From Eledone cirrhosa (taxonomy: Eukaryota), in assembly GCA_964016885.1 (NCBI GenBank), contig OZ024758.1, forward strand, positions 14,818,001 to 14,882,000: 64,000 bases of DNA, read 5' to 3'. The translations under genes were made by a program, and so were the position numbers. Of this stretch, positions 33,566-44,514 are shown one piece after another. Under the pieces are notes generated by a model. The model saw only the letters and a program-made list of their open reading frames with translations. It was not told the origin of the DNA and searched no databases. Position 1 is the first letter of the stretch. Every line of letters begins with the position of its first letter.

Positions 33566-34250
33566 AAACGGAAAAAATGAAACGAAATTTCATTTCTCAC
33601 TCTTAGTACGGCTGTTACTTAAATATAAGTATGTATACGTACATACATATATATACAGATGTACAGTAGTATGTATATATATATACATACATGCACACAT
33701 TTATATGTACGTATGGATTCACCGAACATTTATTATAATGCTCGGTGTGTTTGTAAACAAACATCCCGAATTAAGCCGTACAGTGTTTAGCAACCATCGT
33801 TGCTTATTTGTTCAACACTGACAAAGGAACGCTGTACTAGCCGTTAATATGCATAAGGAAAGTATATACTTTCAGACGTTCAACCATCTGGCAGAAAGGT
33901 ATACGTTGCTGATGATAGCTAATAAGCTTGAAACTAGTACAGCATTCCTTTGTCAGTGTTGAACAAATGAGCAATGATGGTTGCTAGACACTGTACGGCT
34001 TAATTCGGGATCTTTGTTTACAAACACACCGAGCATTATAATAAATGTTCGGTGAATCCATACGTACATATATATATGTGTGCATGTATGTATATATATA
34101 TATATATACATACTACTGTACGTCTGTATACATATATGTATGAAAATGAAAAATGTTCGGTGAATCCATACGTACATATATATATGTGTGCATGTATGTA
34201 TATATACATACATACTACTGTACGTCTGTATACATATATGTATGTATGAA
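33566..34250. mobile_element. Palindromic Penelope-like element, family G
   Basis: Inverted arms ~33627-33840 and 33934-34140, left tail 33566-33626, hammerhead at the inner junction. Confidence 0.72.
33905..33943 (+). ncRNA. Minimal hammerhead ribozyme (39 nt)
   Basis: gttg-CTGATGA-t agct aata agct t-GAAA-ctag-TA-cagc. Confidence 0.78.
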
Positions 34251-34568
34251 AATGAAAAATGTATACATACTTACATATAATATATATATATATATATACA
34301 ATATTCTACGAAGCAGATTTTCCTATGAAAATCTGCTTTGTAGAATCAAGACGTGTCTGAGGACCTTGCGATTTTCAGAGTCAGGTTCGATCATCACATT
34401 AATCATGCCTCGAACTGGTCGCCAGAAAAACGTTTGTAATATGTCCAATAAATTCCATTCATCGCATCACTGATTCTTTTTTTTTTCTGTGATATCATAC
34501 TCTGCTCTTTGAGAGCATCGAGTGGTCATACGGTCTACCGCATATGGACGCTTTAAGCATCCAACACC

Positions 34569-34603
<35 letters not shown>

Positions 34604-34610
<7 letters not shown>

Positions 34611-34770
34611 AGATCAAAAGATGGTTAAAGGAGTTCCATGTATTTTATTATGCGCATTTCAAAAACAAACATCATCATGCAATAATATTTGTGTTTTCAT
34701 CAGATAAAACAGGAGAACATGATATGAAGGCTAAAAAACACTTGTGGATAGTGCAGTTTTAAATCAACAT
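34604..34770 (-). mobile_element. Solo arm of family E element with hammerhead (34641-34711 -)
   Basis: Identical by eye to 38929-39095; flanked by (AT)n. Confidence 0.8.
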
Positions 34771-35173
34771 ATATATATATATATGAAATATATATAAATA
34801 TAAAATATATATATTTAACCATTCATACAAGTTGTTATTTTGTTGTTTTCTTAACCATTTCCACAGATTATACTACTTTAATTAGTAATGATGATTAGTT
34901 AGCCATAAGTTTTGAAACTTTAAGTAGAAGCAATAAATTGTACATAATTTTAGTTGACAATTTTCTACTTAATTTATTTATTTTTATTTTATTAAAAATC
35001 ATTATTTCCCTGTAAATTACTAATCAGAAATTCACTCTACACGTTCTTAGATTAGATAAAATTCTCAGCTTCACAGCTACGTAAACCATTTAAAAACATT
35101 TTCAATTCACATTTTACATTTTATTTAACGTAGCATTCCTCACGTTTTTAAATTTCAATTATAAATTTTATTT

Positions 35174-35267
<94 letters not shown>

Positions 35268-35609
35268 TTGGTTGCTTCTGGTTTGTTTCGTGTCATATTT
35301 AAAGTTATATAAATTTTAATCAAAAATACATATATGGCATTTACAGTTTATCATCACCATCATCACCACCATCACCACCATTATCATCATAATCATCATA
35401 AACACCATGACAACAGTCAACACCACCGTCATTACGACCATAACAACAACAACAACCACACTTCCAACACCACTATGACCAACACCAACGACTGCCATCA
35501 CCACCACAACAACAACAACAACCACATCATGACCATCACAACCACAAGAACAACAACTACATGAGTTGTGAACTTGAGCACTTTATTCAATTATTTTCAT
35601 TAAATTATG

Positions 35610-35640
<31 letters not shown>

Positions 35641-35932
35641 TTCATTTTACGTCCGCTTTTCCCTGCTTGCAAGGGTGGGACGGGAACTGATTCTGGCTTG
35701 ATTTCTACAGCTGGATGCCCTTCCTAACACCAACCTCATTTACAGTGAGTGCTGGGTGCTTTTTTCTGTGGGACCCCAGTCCCTATCATCTCATTTCTAC
35801 AGCTGAGTAAACTGGAGCAATGTGAAATAAAGTGTCTTGCTCAAGGAAACAACACATCACCCGGTCTGAGAATTGAACTCACAACCTTTCGATTGCAAGG
35901 CCAATGCTCTAACCACTAACCCATGTGCCTCC
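35610..35932 (-). mobile_element. SINE family 1
   Basis: Head and RTE tail, internal deletion. Confidence 0.88.
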
Positions 35933-36339
35933 ATATATATATATATATATATTTCTCTGGAAGAAATCAGCTGTGTTCAGACCTCAACATAAATAGGTTC
36001 TGCCAGACTTAGAAATGTCAAAGATAAATGTAACGATGGTGCCCTTATGACTTCACCACGAGCTAAAAGCCAATGACATGGCATGGCATAGAGATTCCAG
36101 ATTCAATACCATAATTGTCAGTTCTTGTATATAAATACATAAGTAAATAATGGTTTCTTATATAGGCACAAGGCCAGCAATTTTGGAGGGGAGGGGAAAG
36201 TTGATTAAATCGAGCCCAATGCATTACTGGTACTTTATTTTATCGACCCCGTAAGGATGAAAGGGAAAGTTAACCTCGGCGGGATTTGAACTCAGATCAT
36301 AAAGGGGCGTAACTCTATGCTGCAAAGCATGGTGTCCAA

Positions 36340-36642
36340 CAATCGAAAGGTTGTGAGTTCAATTCTCAGATCGGATGATGTGTTGTTTCCTTGAGCAAGA
36401 CACTTTATTTCACATTGCTCCAGTTTACTCAGCTGTAGAAATGAGATGATAGGGACCTCAGTGCCTATCATTCCACTGTAAAGTGGTCGTGGAGGTGCCA
36501 CGGCAAAAAAGCACCCAGCACTCACTGTAAATGAGGTTGGTGTTAGGAAGGGCATCCAGCTGTAGAAATCAAGCCAGAATCAGTTCACGTCCCACCCTTG
36601 CAAGCAGGGAAAAGCGGACGTAAAATGAAATGAAATGATGAT
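36340..36642 (+). mobile_element. SINE family 1 (5'-truncated), head-to-head with a family 2 SINE
   Basis: B box through cccacccttgcaagcaggg tail. Confidence 0.85.
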
Positions 36643-36970
36643 ATATATAGCTTCATCTGCAAATGAGATTAATCACCTCATTTACACAGATGAGAAAACC
36701 ATATATTCTCAACTGTTTTCAAGTCCAGCAGTCGCAAGTGTGGGTGGGATCATCCTGATGCGAACCAGTTAGGTTCAAAATGCATCGACGATTGTCCCCC
36801 TTGCTTCTGCTGGACACCACCAGAGAGCGTTAGTCCCAGGTTTTTTTGCATATCTACTGCTTTCTAAATGTTTATCCATAAACATACCGTGTTTCTTTGG
36901 AAATACAAAATTTCTATACATATCTGTATACAGCTATGCCTGAAGCTAAATCCTAATTCTATTATATATA

Positions 36971-37234
36971 TATCCAGGAAAAACTTGAAGCGTTAAGTTA
37001 TTCTTTCCTGGCTATGTCAATATTTATAAAACAAACTTTGTATTTTATCTGATGAGACCGTACCAAAGTTTTGGTACCCTTGAAATATATATAATAGAAT
37101 AAATATGGTTTTATAAATATAGTTTCCATTTATTTAATATCATTGAATATTATACTCCAGAAAACTTGTCGAGTGTGTTTTGATAAACATTTATATTTGT
37201 TGAATTACCAACAAATTGAATATCCCTTTTGCTT
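36971..37234 (+). mobile_element. Family A2 pLTR-like element with hammerhead (37041-37101) and tail
   Basis: tattttat-CTGATGA-gaccgtaccaaagttttggtaccctt-GAAA-tatata-TA-atagaata; tail tactccag..gagtgtg..ccaacaaattgaa. Confidence 0.75.
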
Positions 37235-37253
37235 ATATATATATATATATATA

Positions 37254-37727
37254 TTAGGTATAGGATTATCCAAGATGTAGTAATGGTTAATTACTACACT
37301 GGATATGGTTGACGTACGGTAAGAGGTTACTCTACGAGTTATGGAAGAATTGTTGAAGAAACTTAGTTCCTGATCCTTCAGTATTCCGGAGTGTATATAA
37401 AGAATGAATAATAACAGGTAGACATCATAAAAAGGTAATTTATTCCGTGTGCTTACAAGTGTTTCCACGGTGGTACTGCAGCCTAGTTATGCTACGTGCA
37501 AATTCACAAGTACTTGCAGAACTCGAATATCCAATGCTGTGACCACTGCTCTGAGGAAACAGTGAGGAAACAGTGAGGAAACAGTGGTCACAGCATTGGA
37601 TATTCGAGTTCTGCAAGTACTTGTGAATTTGCATGTAGCATAACTAGGCTGCAGTACCACCGTGGAAACACTTGTAAGCACACGGAATAAATTATCTTTT
37701 TATGATGTCTACCTGTTATTATTCATT

Positions 37728-37736
<9 letters not shown>
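37254..37736. repeat. Palindromic element, family B (155-bp arms, left tail)
   Basis: Arms 37394-37548 and 37582-37736; spacer of 3x tgaggaaacag; flanked by (AT)n. Confidence 0.85.
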
Positions 37737-37778
<42 letters not shown>

Positions 37779-37780
37779 TA

Positions 37781-38183
37781 TACAATATATTAATAAATGG
37801 AAACTATATTTATAAAACCATATTTATTTTATTATACATATTTCAAGGGCAACCAAGGCAAATTATGGTGCACTTTCATCAGATAAAATACAGATTTGTT
37901 TTATAAATAAATATTGACATACCCAGAAAAAAACCTTAACGGTTGGAGCTTCCTTTTTTTTTTTTTCCGGCTATGTCAATATTTATTTATAAAACAAATC
38001 TGTATTTTATCTGATGAAAGCGCACCATAATTTGCCTTGGTTGCCCTTGAAATATGTATAATAAAATAAATATGGTTTTATAAATATACTTTCCATTTAT
38101 TAATATATTGTATATTTACTCCACTAAACTGTTGAGTGCTTTATATCAGTTTTACAAATTTTTAAATTAAATATAACCTCTGC
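37781..38183. mobile_element. Palindromic family A element (hammerheads 38003-38068 + and 37825-37890 -), right tail
   Basis: Homologous to 10575-11027 in the opposite orientation with a different fold-back point. Confidence 0.78.
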
Positions 38184-38342
38184 ATATATATATAAATATA
38201 TATAAATATATATATGTATATGAAAGAGTCGGGACTCTGATGGATGGGCTTTTGTTGTTTCAACAGCTAGATCCAAACTGAATGACTGGTGATTAATGGT
38301 CTAACAGGTTTTTACTACATCCATTTTGATATATATATATAT

Positions 38343-38903
38343 ATATTGTTATACTTTGGGAGGGTCATGTTGCCAATAAGAAACACACGCACCAGTTGCT
38401 TTCACTTCAATTTATTATAAATTAAATTTATAAATTTAGGAATTTATAAATTTCCGGTTGGTTGGTTCCACAACCAGATGATTGTTCATATATTGTCAAA
38501 GTTCTTTCGTCACACATTCTGTGACCTCTTCAGTCACTGGGGATTCTTTTCTTTGTTTTTGTGCCTCTCCTTTGTTCTGTCCTACACCATCTTGTTTTTG
38601 TGTGTGTTGAACAAAGGAAAGGCACAAAAACAAAGAAAAGAATCCCCAGTTACTGAAGAGATCACAGAATGTGTAACAAAAGAACTTTGACAATATATGA
38701 ACAATTGTCTGGTTGTGGAACCAACCAACCAACCGGAAATTTATAAATACCTAAATTTATAAATTTAATTTATAATAAATTGAAGTGAAAGCAACTGGTG
38801 CGTATGTTTCTTATTGGCAACATGACCCTCCCAAAGTATAACAATATCGGTTTCAACACACGTTTTCAGATAAAGAATCTTGCTAAACAAATTCAGAAAC
38901 GAA

Positions 38904-38904
<1 letters not shown>
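38343..38904. mobile_element. Palindromic element, family D (~235-bp arms), degenerate hammerhead
   Basis: Arms 38343-38577 and 38609-38847; minus arm reads CTGAAGA-ggtcacagaatgtgtgac-GAAA; related solo copy at ~19400-19630. Confidence 0.7.
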
Positions 38905-38928
<24 letters not shown>

Positions 38929-38935
<7 letters not shown>

Positions 38936-39338
38936 AGATCAAAAGATGGTTAAAGGAGTTCCATGTATTTTATTATGCGCATTTCAAAAACAAACATCAT
39001 CATGCAATAATATTTGTGTTTTCATCAGATAAAACAGGAGAACATGATATGAAGGCTAAAAAACACTTGTGGATAGTGCAGTTTTAAATCAACATATCAA
39101 ACTGCACTATCCACAAGTGTTTTTTAGCCTTCATATCATGTTCTCCTGTTTTATCTGATGAAAACACAAATATTATTGCATGATGATGTTTGTTTTTGAA
39201 ATGCGCATAATAAAATACATGGAACTCCTTTAACCATCTTTTGATCTTATATTATGTATACTCCAGTCCTACAAACTGTAGAGTGCTTCTTATCCGATAT
39301 CTGCATTGCTTTATTGTACTACAATAAAACTCACCTCC

Positions 39339-39341
<3 letters not shown>
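38929..39341. mobile_element. Palindromic element, family E (156-bp arms, right tail)
   Basis: Arms 38929-39084 and 39099-39254; flanked by (AT)n. Confidence 0.78.
39147..39217 (+). ncRNA. Minimal hammerhead ribozyme (mirror copy at 38966-39036 -)
   Basis: tgttttat-CTGATGA-aaacacaaatattattgcatgatgatgtttgttttt-GAAA-tgcgca-TA-ataaaata. Confidence 0.8.
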
Positions 39342-39387
<46 letters not shown>

Positions 39388-39439
39388 TAAAATAAAATTA
39401 TTTCAGTCATATTACAACTTAAATAGGCCAATACAATTA

Positions 39440-39526
39440 TCCAGCCAGATCAGTTGGAAATGGTTACTTCTGACAGGACCTGCTGGAAGGAGTGATTGAC
39501 TCTCCCAGGAATAAGTGGACGAAGAA

Positions 39527-39558
<32 letters not shown>

Positions 39559-39596
39559 AGTGGGCATAGAAGAAGAAGAAGAAGAAGAAGTGGGCG

Positions 39597-39627
<31 letters not shown>

Positions 39628-39680
39628 GGGCGAAGAAGAAGAAGAAAAACAAGAAGTAGTAGAAGAAGAAGCAGAAGAAA
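39440..39680 (+). mobile_element. RTE/Expander-like 3' end with expanded (GAA)n tail
   Basis: ctgacaggacc..ggaataagtggacgaagaagaa, as at 21600-21690 and 57595-57860. Confidence 0.7.
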
Positions 39681-39991
39681 TCCAAAATGTGGCCTCAGAT
39701 AGTTTTCCTTATCCTTATGTTGTTCTAGCTTCTGTTGAAGTATTTTCCAAGATTAGGAATCACAGTCTTAGAGTTGGAACAATATTGATCTAAAGATCTG
39801 AAGATCTAGAAATTACCAGAATAAATTGTCGAAGCTGAATGGCAAATGTTGTTTACTGGCTGAGAATTCTCTTTGAATGAGTCATTTAACAATAAAACAT
39901 ATATACAGCGTAAGATACTGTACAGATGTTACATAGAGACGTGTTTACTGAGGAAGGTTTTAACCTTCGTGTACATGTATGTGTATGTGTA

Positions 39992-40024
<33 letters not shown>

Positions 40025-40086
40025 GTGTGTAGTACGTGTGTGTGTGTGTATGTATATATATGTGTGTATCTGTGTGTGTATATATG

Positions 40087-40139
<53 letters not shown>

Positions 40140-40207
40140 CTGTGTGTGTATATATATATGTGTGTGCGTGTGTGTGTTGAATTACCAACAAATTGAACAT
40201 CCTTTTG

Positions 40208-40310
<103 letters not shown>

Positions 40311-40682
40311 GAAAGAGTCGGGGATATATGTGTGTGTGTGTATATGTATGTGTGTGTGTGTATATATATATGTGTGTGTGTGTGTGTGCATGTGTGCATG
40401 TGTGTGTATGTCTGTGTGTACATGTGTGTGTGTGTATATGTGTGTGTGTGTCTCTGTGTGTGTGTATATATATATATAAATATATGTGTGTGTGTGTATG
40501 TCTGGGTGTGTGTATGTGTGTGTGTATGTGTGTGTATGTGTGTGTATGTACGTGTGTGTATGTGTATATATATATATGTTTGTGTGTCTGTGTCCGTATG
40601 TGTATATGTGTGTGCGTCTGTTTATGTGCATGTGTATATGCATGTGTGAGTGTGTGTGTGTATGAGTGTGTATGTGTGTGTA

Positions 40683-40722
<40 letters not shown>

Positions 40723-40725
<3 letters not shown>

Positions 40726-41674
40726 TTCAAGAGTAACCAATCTTAAAGAGAGAGATGGAGATAGGAGAGGAGATATGAGAGGAGAGATTGGTGAATTAGT
40801 TAGAAGCCAAAGCATAAAGACATGTGCTCAATGTGCAATATGCAGTAGAAAGCAGCTAGGTGGCTGGGTTCATGCAGAAGTTAGGTGCACAGAGCTGGAA
40901 ATATTCATTAGTTAAGCAAAACAAGACCACAAATTTCACAAGGAAGACATTATTAAAAGATTGTCAACATATTTTAGTTTGATGCAAGGAATGTAGAGAA
41001 TAATAATAATAATAATATTAATAATAATAATAATGTCCGTTTACAATTGTTTCGCTACTCCATATAATATTTCTGGATCAGATGACTATATATCATAATT
41101 GATCTGGTTCAGTTGAAAATAATTAACATATTTAAAAGACAGAGCGGCTCATCGGAACTTCAAAGGAATATAAATTAAAATAATGAGAGAATGTTACATA
41201 ATATAATGTCCCATATATTGGTTTTTCACTATGGTGTCTTGGTTGCATCAGTTGTCAGCCATAATCAAGCAGTATTCATCTGTTGAGGCTGCATTGTGTG
41301 AGATCTGCCTATGGGTAACAAGATCAACTGATGCAACCAAGACACCATAGTGAAAAACCAATATATGGAACATTATATTATGCAACATTCTCTCATTATT
41401 TTAATTTATATTCCTTTGAAGTTCTGATGAGCCGCTCTGTCTTTTAAATATGTTAATTATTTTCAACTGAACCAGATCAATTATGATATATAGTCATCTG
41501 ATCCAGAAATATTATATGGAGTAGCGAAACAATTGTAAACGGACATTATTATTATTAATATTATTATTATTATTATTCTCTACATTCCTTACATCAAACT
41601 AAAATATGTTGACAATCTTTTAATAATGTCTTCCTTGTGAAATTTGTGGTCTTGTTTTGCTTAACTAATGAATA
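40723..41674. mobile_element. Palindromic element, family F (~350-bp arms, 70-nt spacer, left tail)
   Basis: Arms 40902-41254 and 41325-41674; flanked by (AT)n. Confidence 0.78.
41421..41540 (+). ncRNA. Minimal hammerhead with ~95-nt stem II domain
   Basis: gtt-CTGATGA-gccgctctgt...atggagtagc-GAAA-caattg-TA-aac; stem I only 3 bp. Confidence 0.65.
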
Positions 41675-41739
41675 AGTATATATATATATATATATATATA
41701 TATTACTTGGTGGAAGTAGAGGAGACAGAGGGAAGAGAC

Positions 41740-41779
<40 letters not shown>

Positions 41780-42012
41780 GTGAGAGACAGGAGAGAGAGA
41801 GAGTGGTAAGAGACAGGAGAGAGAGAGAGAGAGCCAGTGAGTGACTTAGTGTTAGTGACTAACGGAGTCTTGCTGCCAGAGACAGATTAACCCTTTAGCA
41901 TGTCAATATGGCGCCCTTGCAACTCCCTCAGGAGTTACGGAGAAAGGAGGAGGAGATGAAGGAGGTATGTGTCTCTTTAAGATCTGCACCTAAGGTGAAT
42001 ATTTAAATAGCT

Positions 42013-42886
42013 TTAACCTGTTGACCGCTGTGTATATTTTACACAGCTACAGTTACTGTGCCGGGTTTTTTTTTTAGTAAAATGACTTTTTTTTTAACAA
42101 ACATTTATTAACAAAACATATCTGAATGATTGATAAACGTCACATCAATAAACTAGTAGCTTTGAAGTTATGAACTGTTGGAAACTAGATCATAACATTG
42201 AAGTTATAAACTGTTGGAAACGAGTTCATAACTTTGAAGTTATGAACTGTTGGAAACTAGATCATAAAATTGAAGTTATGTACTGTTGGAAACGAGTTCA
42301 TAACTTTGAAGTTATGAACTGTTGGAAACGAGTTCATATCTTTGAAATTATGAACTGTTGGCAATGAGTTCATAACTTTGAAGTTATGAACTGTTGGAAA
42401 CGATTTCATAACTTTGAAGTTATGAACTGTTGGCAATGAGTTCATAACTTTGAAGTTATGAACTGTTGGCAATGAGTTCATAACTTTGAAGTTATGAACT
42501 GTTGGAAACGAGTTCATAACTTTGAAGTTATGAACTGTTGGAAACGAGTTCATAACTTTGAATTTATGAACTGTTGGAAACGAGTTCATAACTTTGAAGT
42601 TATGAACTGTTGGAAACGATTTCATAACTTTGAAGTTATGAACTGTTGGAAACGAGTTCATAACTTTGAAGTTATGAACTGTTGGCAATGAGTTCATAAC
42701 TTTGAAGTTATGAACTGTTGGAAACGATTTCATAACTTTGAAGTTATGAACTGTTGGAAACGAGTTCATAATTTTGAAGTTATGAACTGTTGGAAATGAG
42801 TTCATAATTTTGAAGTTATGAACTGTTGGAAACGAATTCAAACATGTTCGGATGAGTTATCTCGTCTACGGCACTGAAGAGGTTAA
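42013..42886. mobile_element. TTAA-flanked piggyBac-like non-autonomous element carrying a 36-bp minisatellite (42160-42840)
   Basis: ttaacctgttgaccgctg / cggcactgaagaggttaa imperfect TIRs; unit aactttgaagttatgaactgttggaaacgagttcat, ~19 copies. Confidence 0.7.
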
Positions 42887-43175
42887 TGATGCTACTAAGT
42901 TTTAGTCTCTAGGCCATGGGCTACAACCCACTTAGCCCATAGATAAGTACAGTACAGCTCTCAGTCTCTATTACTGAGGTGTATTTTGGATTTTATTTGG
43001 ATTTATTTACAGCATCTGGTTTTAGATTTCTTGTGAAATCAAATGAAAGTTAATCAATATTGAATCACATCAAGAATTGAGTTACTTGAAAACACACAAA
43101 CAACAAACAAACAAAACTTAACTGGAATGATTGATGAAATTTTACATTCTGATCTGTGTACATATTATGTGTGTT

Positions 43176-43229
<54 letters not shown>

Positions 43230-43236
43230 AATATAT

Positions 43237-43478
43237 AACTAGGGAGTGTAACGTGAAGTTACTGTAGGTTCACCCGGGTGAGCACTCAATGTTTAGGTTC
43301 ACATTGATGGCGAGGTGTAGAGCTAGACAGGGTGTAAATATAATAATACAAGGACGATTTGTTAAGCCTTCATTACGTTTATTGATTGGTGACGCGTGTT
43401 TCACTATTGATCAGCTCAAGGTTCGATCTGTATCAATCTGGCCTGACTCTGGAATCAAAAGCTTGATAGACCTCATAT
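43237..43478 (-). mobile_element. pLTR-like 3' fragment truncated inside its hammerhead
   Basis: Minus strand: ..ATGA-ggtctat...atagt-GAAA-cacgcg-TC, then ttgagtgct tail motif; next to (AT)n. Confidence 0.5.
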
Positions 43479-44029
43479 ATCTATCTATCTAAGGCGGGTA
43501 AAATTCCCGAGATCCATGGACGAGTTCTCTCCAGCGGTCTCTGTCCCTCATTATCGCTGCCATATCCTGCATCTCCAACAGACCAGTGTCTGTCCTTAGG
43601 GCATCAACATATGTTAACCTTGGTCTTCCTCTTCTAGTGTGTCCATGTAGGGGCTCCCAAAGTCAGCTCAAAAGTGACACAGAGGAGACTGAGGTTGGCT
43701 GGACATGCTCACTGACATCCAGAGTCGACATTGCACTCAGTGCTCCTTTGGGAGCCCCTACCTCATATATATACTGGATTAATACTGGTTTAATCCTGAT
43801 ATATATAAATGTATATATATTTATATAGTGCAATGTGATTTTGTTGTGTTTATTCTCCTCCTCCTCATTTACCCACCTTTCCCTCTCCACCTGTACACAC
43901 ACCTCTTCCTAACACTCCACCACCTACACCCATTTTTTTCTCAATGTCCATACAATAAAGTACCAGTAATGTACTGGAGTAATTGCTGGCTTTGTAGAAA
44001 TAATTATTACTGTTCAACGTTTATTTAAG

Positions 44030-44325
44030 AAGAGTGAAAATTAATACATGCCAGATTTCATAGCTCTAGCATCACTCCTTCATAGTCAGCCTATGAACTT
44101 TTCAGCCCTCCCTCGTATTAATTGAAAACCATAGGCTTAAAAGTTCATAGGTTGACCAAGATACTCTCATGGAATAACCAAATGAGGTTTATTTTTCAAC
44201 ATATTTCCTTGAAAGAAGCAATGCACTTATTGATAAGAAGAGTTGAAATTAATGCATACAAGATTTCACAGCTCTAGCAGCACTCCTGCATAGGCTGTCT
44301 CTGATCTTTTCAACACACCCTCGTA
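44030..44325. mobile_element. Mariner-like terminal remnants (two ends)
   Basis: ccctcgta termini at 44110-44117 and 44318-44325 with duplicated subterminal sequence. Confidence 0.45.
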
Positions 44326-44457
44326 TATATATATATCATCATCATCATCATCATCATCATCGTTTAACGTCCATCTTCCACGTTTGCATGGGTTTGGACA
44401 TATATATATATATATATATAAATATATATGTGTTTGTGTGTGTTAAGTATATACCCT

Positions 44458-44514
<57 letters not shown>

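Noticed and set aside
39464-39793. Poly-Glu/Arg ORFs (also 57818-58189)
   Set aside because: (GAA)n tails of RTE 3' fragments.
39948-39972. CTGAGGA-aggttttaacctt
   Set aside because: Hairpin present but truncated by a (TG)n tract before any GAAA; cannot be supported.
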